A DNA stretch of 41,222 bases, from contig NIVC01001801.1 in the NCBI GenBank assembly GCA_002269645.1, forward strand, positions 1 through 41,222, written 5' to 3'. Each line of letters starts with the position of its first letter. Position 1 is the first letter of the stretch. The translations under genes were made by a program, and so were the position numbers. The notes beneath the pieces were generated by a model. That model had not been told where the DNA came from. It saw only the letters and a program-made list of their open reading frames with translations, and made no database searches. Positions 1 to 11,712 of the stretch are shown one piece after another. The stretch comes from Macrostomum lignano. Lineage: Eukaryota.

Positions 1-211
1 AAAAATTGATTACACCTGCCCTAATGGCAGATGTGCAACCGACGGCTCAGCCGCAGCTATTGCGCGGCCGCATCTGAAGGCTGCGTACGGCTGTTCAGTT
101 CAAGGACTTGGAGTCGCCACACACACTCTCAACTACCCAGCTAATGCTGGCACCCATTTTACAGCTGGGTGAACTGAAGCAATGCAGAGTTAAGTGTCTT
201 GCTCAAGGACA
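1..211 (-). mobile_element. tRNA-derived SINE family 1, 5'-truncated copy
   Basis: Its reverse complement matches the body and 3' end of the copies at 1388-1710 and 9652-9975 (tgtccttgagcaagacacttaactctgcattgcttcagttcacccagctgtaaaatggg ... gcaggtgtaatcaa). Confidence 0.9.
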
Positions 212-554
212 GTTGTCAGTTGTGAGTCAGACGCTTTCAGACGCTTTAACACTAGGCTACAACGCGAACTTGTTTAAATCCTACCTAATACTTCAACCAG
301 ATCAGTTTTGGTGTGGATACCTGTTGCTTCGATGCGTCACAGACTGTTTTTCACATTTTCTGGTGTACCTGTTGCCACTTGTGTTCCCACTCGTGGTTGT
401 ACCTGTTACCATCTGTGTACTAAGTATCTACCTTGTCCTTAAAATCTTGGTACCAGTTACTAGCTGCTTCACAAGATATAAATAATTATATTATATATAT
501 ATATAATTTATAATTTTACAGTTTTCCAAATCCACGAATTTCATCAAATTTCAG

Positions 555-3500
555 TCGCCAGGGCCTCGGCATCCCAGCTCGCAGCGTGACCAACTTCGAC
601 TCGGCTCACGACACCAACTGCAACCTCATTGTCGATCACTACTTTGACGATGACCTGACTCGGTTGCTGGGGTAGCGCCGATTCGATCTGGTGAGGCTGT
701 GTGATCTACATTATGACCCGAAAATGGCCTGAGCTTGACGAGCTATTCACATGCACCCGTGTGGGTCTAGTCTGGCCCCATTCATACCCTACGAAGTAAA
801 AGTCCTTAAGGTACAGGAAGTGTACATTCCTGACGATTAGAAAGTCAGGGCCGCTGTGCACCCTGTGTATCTAGCTTAGCGGTCGGCAAAGCTTTTAAAT
901 TTTTCAAAGAAGAGAGAGGAGAGGAGAGGAGAGGAGAGAAGAGAGCTGAGAAGAGACACGAACTTCCAGCGGGGCTATTGTGAAGTTTCAAAGGACCCGA
1001 GCGCCGGATAGAGAGGCTTCGTGTGCTGCATTTGGCCCGCGGGCCGGAGTTCGCCGACCCCCGAATTTTAGCTACATGTACCGATTTATCTCGCAGGCAA
1101 TCCTGAGCACAGTCTCCAATCGACCGGCACCCAAGTGTGATTCCAATCGAGGCCAATTTCTTTTTGGTCTCGTGTAAGAAACGTTCAGGAATCTTAAACC
1201 TGACGACTTGTACAATTCTGGCACATAGCCAACTGTACAGTACCTGATGATTGACCTGAAAGTCAGGGATTCTGTACATGTAAACAGTGCGTGAGCTTGT
1301 GCTCAGCGATCAGGGTAGCTAGACTGTCGCTTCGATCAATACTTGTTAACCCCTTGTGTTGGCTTCTTTTGTAAGAATATTTTGTAAGGGGTTGTAGCCC
1401 AGTGGTTAGGGCGTCGGACTTACGACTTGAAGGTCGGGGGTTCGATTCCCGATCCCACTCGGAACAATTTGTGTCCTTGAGCAGGACACTTAAGTCTGCA
1501 TTGCTTCAGTTCACCCAGCTGTAAAATGGGTGCCAGCATTAGCTGGGGTAATTGAGGGTGTGTGTGGCGACCCCCCCCCAGTCCTTGGATTTGAACAGCC
1601 GTACGCAGCCTTCAGATGCGCGCGCAATAGCAGTGGCTGAGCTGTCGATTGCTCATCTGGCCCAATTGGGGCAGGTGTAATCAGTTATTATGATTATTAT
1701 TATATTATTTGTAACAAAGTCTCCTACCACCCCGGCATCGTCAGGAACTTCCACGTGTGGAACGACCTCTGGATGGCTCGGCCTGACCTCGGCGACGATT
1801 TCAACGGCTGGCAGGCGGTTGATGCCACGCCGCAGGAGCAGAGCCAGGGCGTGTACCGCACCGGGCCCAGCCCGCTCAGGGCCATCAAGGAGGGCCTCGT
1901 GGAACTGCCGTTCGACACGCCGTTCGTCTTCGCCGAGGTCAATGCGTGCATCAAGCACTGGGTCCGCTCCGCCGACGGCTCTTTGAACGAGGTGTTTTCC
2001 GACCCTACCAAGGTTAGTTGCGGCAATTGTTGTGAAATCGACCAATTATTACAATGCGAGGCGCAAAATAATGAGGAGAGCAATGAGCCTGCCGTGAGCA
2101 GTATGACTCGGTGTGTATGATGTGGCCTAGAAGCTGGAATCGCCAGTGATTAGGACGCCTATAAGATGGACAGGTCGCTGCGGCGATGCAGTGTCGCGTT
2201 GGAGACTCGCTTGTCGCCACAATCTTGAAGGTCAACTAGCTGTTTAAGCGAGTCCACCAGCGTCCAGGTCTTGGCGTTGTACAGCGAAAGACGGTCTCGA
2301 CCACCGCCTAGAACAGCGTCGCGCTCTTGCGATCAGGCAGGGCCTCGGACCGCACGACTGTCCTCACAGAACGAAAGACAGCCCAGGCAAACTGCTGACA
2401 TCACGGAAGTTCCATCGCCTGTCGATCAGTGCCACCGTACGAGGGTTGTACATGTAGTGCGATCCGCACTCATTAGGGCCAACCCCCAAGCACAGTGTGC
2501 ATGCCTGGTGATTAGGGCAGCCAGGGCCGGCTGGCGTGCATATCCGTGTGCATGAGTGTGCTCTCGTCACCGAAAAATGCACAAGCTAGTCGCGCTATCC
2601 GTTATTTCTCAGCTACTGCCAATCCCTTCCTAACCAAGGTTGGCCAATTCGTCAGCACTAAGGCTGTGGGCAGCTCTGACAGGCAGGACATCACTCTGCT
2701 GTACAAGTACCCCGAGGGCAGCCGGGAAGAGCAGGCCGCCTTCGACAAGGCTAGCGGCAGCAGCCAGATTCAGGGCAAGGGTGATCGACGCGATGACAAC
2801 AAGGGCAAGCGCGAGGTTAAGCTGAACATCCTGACTCAGGACGTGCTGGTCATTGGCAACGACCTCACCGTGGTGCTGGAAATCAACAACGAGCAAAATA
2901 GAGAGAAAGTGCTCAACTACGGTTTCTGCGTGCACCTTAAGAAGTACAACGGCAAAAATTTGAAGGATTTGGCGCACGAGAAAGGGCAAGTCACCGTGGC
3001 GGGCCACTCGAGTGAGTCTCAGTGACAGTGTCTTTTTGTAGCATATAGAGATGGAGTGTCATACAGATGGGTTGTCATAGAGATGGGGTTTCATAGAAAT
3101 GGGTTGTCATAGAGATGGAGTGTCATAGAGATGGGTGTCATACAGATGGGGTGTCATACAGATGGGGTGTCATACAGATGGGGTGTCATAGAGATGGGGT
3201 GTCATACAGATGAGGTGTCATAGAGATGGAGTGTCATAGAGATGGAGTGTCATAGAGATGGGGTGTCATACAGATGGGGTGTCATAGAGATGGGGTGTCA
3301 TACAGATGAGGTGTCATACAGATCTTAGTCAATACGCTCGTAGATATGTGAATTTAGAGAATTTTTAGACGCTAACAAATAAAAACCAACATTTGGAAGC
3401 CACGGGCATAAAATGCCATCGACAATAACTTTTCCAGGCGCCAACGTGGAGGTGCAAATCAAGGCTCAGGACTACGCCGAGGCGGCTGGCCAAGAGGAGG

Positions 3501-5271
3501 TCGGCATCGAGATCGTGGCCATGGTCGTCCAGGGCAACGACAAGCAGGTGTCGCAGACCATTGTGAACCTGGTGAACCCGGAGATGGAGATTAGCGTGAG
3601 TTTAACTTTCGGTTTACAAATATTTTGTTGCTCAATACTTTGCTAGCTTGACGACCTCAAATCATTAATTTGGCGCCTCTTCCGATTCTTAATTTGGCGC
3701 TATTCCTGATTATCAATTTGGCGCAAATACCGATTCTAAGTTTGGCGCTATTCCCGATTCTTAGTTTGGCGCCATTCCCGATTTTTTGGCGCCATTCCCG
3801 ATTTTTAATTTGGCGCTATTCCCGATTTTTAGTTTTGTGCCATTCCCGATTTATAATTTGGCGCCATTCTGGATCTCAATTTTGATGCCACTACTGGACA
3901 TTTATCTATTATTAAATTCTAGTTCTCTTTAGATTTCTTTTTGTAGTAAATTGGCTCTTTAGCTGGCAAGTTTATTCCTGTTTAAAATTAACAAATTTAA
4001 CAATCTAAAACCGCGCATCAATATCCTGCAGATCTCAGGCGAGGTGGCGCAGAACAGGACCTTCCACTTCCAGTGCGTGTTTGTCAACAATCTGCCATTC
4101 GATCTGACTGAAGGTCGATTTAGCATCGACGGGCCCGGACTGAGGGGCAAAAGTCTCGTACAAAAAGTGGGGTGAGTCCTCGTTGATTTTATCTAATTTT
4201 ACTACTTCCTGAACTCTGTGAGTAGTGCTTAGCGTATATGCTCATAAAAATGATTTTGGCTTTATATTAAGAGTCTATGATACACGCGAAAACTCAAGAG
4301 TCCATAAGAGACATACTCACAATTCAAGAGTCCATAAGACACATACTCAGAATTCAAGAGTCCATAAGACACATGAGCACAATTCAAGAGTCCATAAGAC
4401 ACATACTCAGAATTCAAGAGTCCATAAGACACATGAGCACAATTCAAGAGTCCATAAGACACATGAGCACAATTCAAGACTCCATAAGACACATGAGCAC
4501 AATTCAAGACTCCATAAGACACATGAGCACAATTCAAGACTCCATAAGACACATGAGCACAATTCAAGACTCCATAAGACACATGAGCACAATTCAAGAC
4601 TCCATAAGACACATGAGCACAATTCAAGACTCCATAAGACACATGAGCACAATTCAAGACTCCATAAGACACATGAGCACAATTCAAGACTCCATAAGAC
4701 ACATGAGCACAATTCAAGACTCCATAAGACACATGAGCACAATTCAAGAGTCCATAAGACACATGAGCACAATTCAAGACTCCATAAGACACATGAGCAC
4801 AATTCAAGACTCTATAAGACACATGAGCACAATTCAAGACTCCATAAGACACATGAGCACAATTCAAGACTCCATAAGACACATGAGCACAATTCAAGAC
4901 TCCATAAGACACATGAGCACAATTCAAGACTCCATAAGACACATGAGCACAATTCAAGACTCCATAAGACACATGAGCACAATTCAAGACTCCATAAGAC
5001 ACATGAGCACAATTCAAGAGTCCATAATACACATGAGCGCAATTCAAAACCACATCCGGTGCCACACCCGCAACGCAGGCTGGTCAAGCAGGGTGACAAG
5101 GCCAAATGCAGCATCACGCTGAACCCTGCCCGAGCCGGCAACCGCGTCTTCATCGCCTCCTTCAACTCCAAGGAGTTCAAGGGCGTGACTCGCGAGTACC
5201 CGGTATACGTGGAGCCGGATCCCAACGCTGTGGTGGAAGACGAAATCATCCCAGTCCACAGGGAGTACTAA
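555..5271 (+). CDS. TGM: Protein-glutamine gamma-glutamyltransferase (transglutaminase), 3' portion; 5' exons lie upstream of the window
   Basis: Exons 555-690, 1745-2012, 2639-3011, 3438-3595, 4032-4171 and 5079-5271 all have AG/GT ends, and phases match from 690 onward. Motifs: [20 protein letters not shown]|NFHVWND (catalytic His), [11 protein letters not shown] (catalytic Asp), [19 protein letters not shown]...[12 protein letters not shown], then two C-terminal beta-barrels ([18 protein letters not shown]). Stop TAA at 5269-5271. Exon 555-690 needs a +1 and a -1 correction (see findings). Confidence 0.93.
1388..1710 (+). mobile_element. tRNA-derived SINE family 1, full length
   Basis: tRNA-like head with A box TAGCCCAGTGG and B box GGTTCGATTCC. 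Central gtgtccttgagcaggacacttaa...ctgtaaaatggg resembles CORE-type SINE domains. A 3' hairpin is followed by an (ATT)n tail. Other copies occur in the window. Confidence 0.9.
3046..3323. repeat. 16-bp minisatellite (GTCATASAGATGGRGT)n in a TGM intron
   Basis: Direct tandem repeat, about 17 units. Confidence 0.95.
3668..3880. repeat. Degenerate ~24-bp tandem repeat (TTTGGCGCYATTCCCGATTYTTAR)
   Basis: About 9 units; the overlapping spurious ORF shows 8-aa periodicity. Confidence 0.85.
4291..5046. repeat. 30-bp minisatellite (AATTCAAGACTCCATAAGACACATGAGCAC)n in the last TGM intron
   Basis: About 25 near-identical units. The array explains the periodic ORFs 4225-5271, 4262-5065, 4277-5122 and others. 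Confidence 0.97.
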
Positions 5272-6086
5272 CTAAGCCGAACTAAGCTAAGATTCGATTT
5301 CGGATTAAAACAAAACACACCAACTATCGATTGAGTAATTAACAAAATTCTGTTTTTTACATTCATTATTCATACATGTACTTCTAGTAACATAACAATA
5401 TACACATTTTTCCTAAACTGCCCCAATTTTTACAATACTGCTAGAAATTATGTTAATCGTTAAGAACATTTTTATTTACATTAAATACTTCTGCCTTGTT
5501 AGTCCTAATCCATGATACGTAATCTTTATCGTAAATTCTTTAGTTTGCTGGTATCAGTATTTACTAGGTTAATAGGACTGTTTTAATATTATTCTTCAAT
5601 CCTTTATTAAATATTTAGCTATGCTACCCACTCAAAAGTTTAAAATTTTATTTATAATAAATAAAGAAATAATTTTTGAAATGAAAAATTTTGCTTTATT
5701 TCTGTAGCCTTTCTGTTTTTGTTTTATTAGAAAGTTCAGCTGTAGTAGACAATCAGTTCTGTTTGCCCTAAAAATCAAGTAGTAAAAGTGCATTTACAGT
5801 TGAAAGGGTTAGAAAGAGAGGGTTAGCTTAATCTGTCAGCCAACCAGAGACAGAGAAGCAGGGCAGAGAGAGAAAAGGGACGGTGGACGGTGATGAAACT
5901 AGCTACCCCACCCCTGCGCCAGCCAATCAGAGACGGAGAAGCGAGGTAAAGAAAGAATTTAAAAGATGACGTAGTGTGTATAAAGCATTTTAACGACGTA
6001 ATTTGGCTGAGTTGCGGATAAATCCGTTCATTAACACCACACTGTTATTTAAATTAAATACATTAATCAAATCTGCAGTAAACATT

Positions 6087-8514
6087 TTAGCCATCGCGAC
6101 CGCTACCAGTAATCCTACAACAGCCGAGCCGACAATTCGCAAATTTACGAAACTCTGGCAGCAACAGAATAAACAGCAGAGGATTAGTGATGCTATTCAA
6201 AGCCACGAGCATTGGATAGAACAGTCTGGCCAACAGGCTGTCGATACCCGCGTTGCCAGTCAGCGGCAGGTCTGAATTGTTCAGATTTCGCCAGATGAAG
6301 CTGACAGCACTGAGGCTGTGCAGCAGGGCGTACAAGCAGCACGAGGCCGCTATGGCTTTCGTAAGCCGCCTGGTTGCTTTGGAAACGATGCTTAAACGAC
6401 GTTCGTTTACAGACGATGCAGCAGCCAATTCGACTGGCTGATTGTCAAGGCTGCGACGCAAAACGGTCAGCGTGATGGCATAGGTGGCCAGCATAACAGT
6501 CAGGGCAGTAGCCAGATTGTGAGAAAGTTTGCCACGCCGAAAGCCGTCAACAGCGGCGTTGGGGCGCTGAATGTGACGCATCTGGTCGGGAGTTTTCGAT
6601 GGAACATTGGTCACATCATGTACATGGGAAAGGAGCCTGAATATCGTTATATTCACCCCGTTATGAATGAAGTTGTGAAATCATGAAGTGAACGAACTCA
6701 CTCATGAACTCACTCATGAACTCACTCATGAACTCACTCATGAACTCACTCATGAACTCACTCATGAACTTACTCATGAACTCACTCATGAACTCACTCA
6801 TGAACTCAACTCATGAACTCACTCATGAACTCACTCATGAACTCACTCATGAACTCAACTCATGAACTCACTCATGAACTCACTCATGAACTCACTCATG
6901 AACTCACTCATGAACTTACTCATGAACTCACTCATGAACTCACTCATGAACTCACTCATGAACTCACTCATGAACTTACTCATGAACTCACTCATGAACT
7001 CACTCATGAACTCACTCATGAACTCACTCATGAACTCACTCATGAACTCACTCATGAACTCACTCATGAACTCACTCATGAACTCACTCATGAACTTACT
7101 CATGAACTCACTCATGAACTCACTCATGAACTTACTCATGAACTCACTCATGAACTCACTCATGAACTCACTCATGAACTCACTCATGAACTCACGCATG
7201 AACTCACTCATGAACTCACTCATGAACTCACTCATGAACTCAACTCATCATGAACTCACGCATGAACTCAATGATCATGAACTCACTCATGAAAGCACTC
7301 ATGAATTCACCCATGAACTAACTCGCTCATGAACAACTCACTGACTCATAAACTTATTAATAAACTCACAACCTCACTCTTGAATTCACTGATGAAAACT
7401 CACCTATGAGCTTAATCATTAACTTGCTCAAAAAGTCACTCAAAAGCTTAATATATCAAGAACTCACTCGCTCAATCATCGATTCACTCGTCTGGGGGGG
7501 GGGGGCATAGCCCGCGGGGTCTCGCACGGCTCTCTGATGTGCCAGCGGCCCAGGCTCGATTCCAATTGCAGTCAAATTGATTTGGGGCTAAATTGGAATC
7601 TCGGCTTGGCTCTGCTCGTGCAATGAACGCCCTGCCCTTGAGGGCCAACCCCAAGGCACAGTGAGGGCCAACCCCCAAGGCACAGTGAGGGCCAACCCCC
7701 AAGGCACAGTGAGGGCCAACCCCAAGGCACAGTGAGGGCCAACCCCCAAGGCACAGTGAGGGCAAACCCCAAGGCACAGTGAGGGCCAACCCCAAGGCAC
7801 AGTGAGGGCCAACCCCAAGGCACAGTGAGGGCCAACCCCAAGGCGCAGTGAAGTGTGCATGCCTAACGATAAATAAAGTTAGGGCCGCTGTACACTCCTG
7901 TCAGAGTGTGTGCCTGTGCGTACATGGTATGACTGCTCAGCGGAGTCGGCGGAACTCACTCACTTGTAGCCAGGAGTTGCATTGGCGGCGGCCCCCTCAG
8001 CCAGCGAAGGCACAGCGGAGGTGCTGATGAGGGAGAACGGCAAGTTCACAGGCAGGCTGGATGCAGCTGGCAAGGCAACCAGCAGCAGTCGCAGTCTGCG
8101 CCAGTGCAGGCGGTACCAGAACGGGGCACCCAAGCAGACGCATCGTTCAATTGACAAGCCGACTAAACAGTACGTGCTGGCGTTCACAAATAGCCAGAAG
8201 GTCATGTGGCTGTACACAACAGTGCAGTAGATTTGCCACAGCGCCAGCTCAGCGGCAGGATGCGGTCTCGGCACCAGCGGCAGCTGCACTGTGACCAGGT
8301 GTGTCAGCATCACTCCAATGTCAAACGCAGCGTTGGCTCGCATCAAAACGGTGCAAATTGCGGTGCCAATTTTGCACCGCATCGAATAGGCAATCAGCAG
8401 GCAGTTGAGGCAGAGGCCAAGCAGAAGGACTGGCAGCTGTGCGATGCCAATCGCTATTCGCAGGCTTCTCTCGGTGTCAGATAGCACTGACAGTGGAGAC
8501 GATACGGAGGACAT
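6087..8514 (-). CDS. Orphan rhodopsin-like (class A) 7TM GPCR, 2 exons, one -1 indel (pseudogene or consensus error)
   Basis: Exon 1 (8514-7964) covers TM1-4: GLCLNCLLI, LMRANAAFD, CLVGLSIERC. The donor TACAA|GTGAGT joins in phase 2 to acceptor CCGACCAG|A at 6581, giving GYKCVTFSAPTPLLTAFGVANFLTIWLLP (ECL2 Cys and TM5). One missing base at about 6503-6505 then leads into LTVMLATY...TM6...NSITNPLLFILLLPEFRK and the stop at 6089-6087. The repaired protein is about 348 aa. Confidence 0.8.
6694..7330. repeat. 12-bp minisatellite (ACTCATGAACTC)n in the GPCR intron
   Basis: About 50 units; source of the THEL, MNSL and MSEF ORFs. Confidence 0.97.
7500..7895 (+). mobile_element. SINE family 2 (tRNA-like head) with an internal 22-23 bp minisatellite expansion and 3' stem-loop
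   Basis: Head ggggcatagcccgcgggg ... ggctcgattcc carries degenerate A and B boxes. About 9 copies of gagggccaaccc(c)caaggcacagt span 7640-7850. The 3' end gtgtgcatgcctaacgataaataaagttagggccgctgtacac is shared with the copy at 25049-25175. Confidence 0.7.
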
Positions 8515-8890
8515 TGTGTCCGGGATGACTTGAGTGAAACGTTTTCGACTTATATAGCCATATGGTATCCGCATGAGCCAGCAAACTTCCGTCAATATTA
8601 GTTTGATTGATTGCAGATTAAACTAATTTTACCCAAGCCAATATGGCTATTAGGCCAGAGTGAAAGTGGCTTATTCAGTGCGTTAGATTGGTAGAAGGCT
8701 CTCCCTGTTTGCCGGCATGCACAACTCGATGAGAGAGATTTGTAAACACGGGAGACCCCCGTGACTGAATCATGTTGACTCTGTGCAGGCATGAACTCAG
8801 CTGTGGCTACAGCAGCTCGAAATTAAATTTGTGAAAAAACAGAGCAAAACTAAGATCTTTTCAGTAAGGTAGGCATCTGAAGTGAATTAC

Positions 8891-9526
8891 GGTTACTTCG
8901 GTGACAGTCAGTTCGGTGACAGAAATGTGTGCATAATTTCACATTTAAAACTGAAATAGATTATAGATTACGAGTGGCTCTAGATTAGTCACTCTGAGTA
9001 ATTTGATGCCTTGCTTAAATAGGCCAGTTTCGAAAAGGAAGTATACTGCTTGTTTAATGTGACGTGTTTCTAAGAAAAAGAACGTATATTTTAATTTTTA
9101 AGATTTCTTTTCAAAGCAAAGTGCTTCTCAGAAACATGCTATATTTACTTTTACGCTTTCTTATTTCGTCAAAAACATAACTTGTCAAAAGCTTACAAAA
9201 TGAAATATAAAATACTGTGTCCATGCCAAGCATAGATGTAAAGGAAAAATTAAGTTAGATTAATTAAGGGTTAGATTTATTTTTCATGTTTATTTCTTAG
9301 AAACCCTTCACTTAAACAAAAAATTGTAATGTCCCTTAGAGGATATATATTGTATCTTAACTTTGCAGGACACTGAAATATAGTAATTACTAAGAAAACT
9401 ATTTTAAACTAAATTCAAAATCCATTTTAAATTTTGGACGAAAAGGTTTTTTACGAAAATGTCCTATTGAACCATTCGCATTGGCTCGACACATTTGTCA
9501 CCGAACTGACTGTCACCGAAGTAACC
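8891..9526. mobile_element. Non-autonomous DNA transposon (MITE) with 31-bp perfect TIRs
   Basis: 8891-8921 (ggttacttcggtgacagtcagttcggtgaca) is the exact reverse complement of 9496-9526. The interior is AT-rich and non-coding. No clear TSD. Confidence 0.85.
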
Positions 9527-9651
9527 AGTTCCCTCTGTAGTATCTGAGTGTTTGAAGCTCAACCTGCTCTCAACATGTCGGTAGCACGACAATTGCCCGC
9601 GCACAACTGCCTGCAGCCTGAAATTATTAATATTATTTTTAACCTGTTGTA

Positions 9652-9975
9652 GGGGGCTGTAGCGTAGTTGTTAGGACGTCGGATTCACGACTAGAAGGTC
9701 GGGAGTTCGATTCTCGACCCACTCGGAACAATTTGTGTCCTTGAGCAAGACACTTAACTCTGCATTGCTTCAGTTCACCCAGCTGTAAAATGGGTTCCAG
9801 CTTTAGCTGGGGTAATTGGGGCTGTGTGTGGCGACCCCCCAGTCCTTGGACTGAACAGCCGTACGCAGCCTTCAGATGCGCCGCGCAATAGCTGCGACTG
9901 AGCTGTCGGTTGCACATCTGGCCTAAATGAGGCAGGTGTTATCAATAGTAATTGTTATTATTATTGTTATTTTTA
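9652..9975 (+). mobile_element. tRNA-derived SINE family 1, full length
   Basis: Same head (B box GAGTTCGATTC), core and ATT-rich tail as 1388-1710. Confidence 0.9.
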
Positions 9976-10845
9976 GGCTTTCCGTATAAAAACAAACTAG
10001 TGTTACGCAAGGCCCACATTGTATTATAGCCTCTTCTGTAGCAGAAAGAAGCTAAACTAACAGATGGTGCAAAGGGAAAGGTAAGAAAGTAAAAAAAAAT
10101 TGTCTTTACTGACCATTCTTCACGAAGGGGCCTCGACGGAGAGACAAAAAATACGTAAAATGGAGACTTCGTGTGAACTTGAGGCTTTCAAATCGAAGCG
10201 GCTGTCTGATTGAGCGCGCTGGACCGACAATGAGAGATGAATCATTGATAACTGCTTCAATTACGTTTTAAAACATTTCAAGGACGCTGCTGCAACCCCG
10301 ACTAGAAGTGCAGACCAAGAACTGGGGAGAAAAACTGCAAAACCAACGCCATCGAAAAGCGCCAGCAGACACAAGCGCCAGTGTATTTATACACCGCCGG
10401 ACTATTATAAACTTAAGCTCATAAGGTGGAGTCCCTAATTATCTCCTTGCTTGTTCTCTCCTATCCCAGGTCCAATTTTTGCCGCTTATTTGCCAAATCC
10501 AGCTTCCTGTTGTCACTGTGAGCAGAATGATATACTATTTGTGTACATAGGTTACTCGGGCTCCATTTTATGAGCTTTAGTTGACAGGCCCTCACTTTAG
10601 AAAGCCCAGCACGTGAACAGCCTATGAAGCTTGCGAAAAAATTCCCAATTAGCCTATCTATCAAGTGTACATAAGGCCTTATGGCCATAAAGCCTGCTAC
10701 TTGCTACTTGTCGTTTGGCCACATCACATAATCTTTTCATGAAACTTTTTTGCTTTGGAATAGTACTTTTATACACTCGTAGATTGTTTATGGCAGATGT
10801 TCAACCTTTCATCAGTTTTTGAAGTCATTTTTTCAGCAAGAACTC

Positions 10846-11125
10846 AAAGCCTATTCACCAGACCTGGCCCCTTCGGATTTCTACTTGTTCCGCCAGCTGA
10901 AGAAGCCACTCCGAGGGCGCCATTTTGAGTCCAATGAGGAGGTCATCGCCCTCGTGAACCAGTGGCTGGAGGACCAGACGGTAACCTTCTACACCAGTGG
11001 CATCCAAGAGCTGCACGACCGTTGGCAGAAGTGTATTGATCGCCAAGGAGATTATGTTGAAAAATAATGTAGCCTTGTCCCAGCATTCTTTGTTTGAATA
11101 TACAGACGACAAACTTTTTGAACTT
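10846..11125 (+). mobile_element. Mariner (Tc1/mariner) transposase C-terminal fragment
   Basis: YSPDLAPSDFYLF...LRGRHF...WQKCIDRQGDYVEK* is the mariner YSPDLAPSD motif plus C-terminus. It is followed by a TIR-like aactttttgaac. Confidence 0.92.
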
Positions 11126-11377
11126 AAATATTGGGGAGATCGGTAACCGGAAGCCCTAAATCGCGGAGACCCTTAACCTGTTATTTATACTCTGGGAAGC
11201 CCTTTGGGGACTAAAGGTTAATGAAGGCTTCTATTTTTCCTTTCAGGTCTGAACAACAGCAAGAGATCCATCAGCTAGACTGGAAGTGTTCAATCTCCAG
11301 CACTAAATTGACAATATCTCACCCTCTAGACTTTCGAACTTACTGAATTGCACTGAATATGTTAATGAGTGGGTAAG

Positions 11378-11712
11378 TGAGTGAGTGAGTGAGTGAGTGA
11401 GTGAGTGAGTGAGTGAGTGAGTGAGTGAGTGAGTGAGCGAGTGAGTGAGTGAGTGAGTGAGTGAGTGAGTGAGTGAGTGAGTGAGTGAGTGAGTGAGTGA
11501 GTGAGTGAGCGAGTGAGTGAGTGAGTGAGTTAGTGAGTGAGTGAGTGAGTGAGTTAGTGAGTGAGTGAGTGAGTGAGTGAGTGAGTGAGTGAGTGAGTGA
11601 GTAAGTGAGTGAGTGAGTGAGTGAGTGAGTGAGTGAGTTAGTGAGTGAGTGAGTGAGTGAGTGAGTGAGTGAGTGAGTGAGTGCGTGAGTGAGTGAGTGA
11701 GTGAGTGAGTGA
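11378..11712. repeat. (GAGT)n microsatellite
   Basis: About 80 tetramers with rare variants. Confidence 0.98.

Noticed and set aside
820-1277. Minimal hammerhead ribozymes (CTGACGA..GAAA at ~830 and CTGATGA..GAAA at ~1244)
   Set aside because: No NUH cleavage triplet or stem I/III fits in register, and homologous copies replace CTGA with CTAA or CTGG while keeping the hairpin.
1388-1460. tRNA-Val gene (also 9652-9725)
   Set aside because: The acceptor and anticodon stems pair poorly, and the head runs straight into a SINE body shared by several copies.
4225-5271. 348-aa ORF with [10 protein letters not shown] repeats, read as a repeat protein or TGM extension
   Set aside because: It is an open frame through a 30-bp intronic minisatellite; the real last exon starts at acceptor 5079, in phase with donor 4171.
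5820-5990. Promoter-like stretch with CCAAT boxes and a TATA-like motif
   Set aside because: It lies between the 3' ends of two convergent genes with no downstream ORF; short motifs alone are not sufficient evidence.
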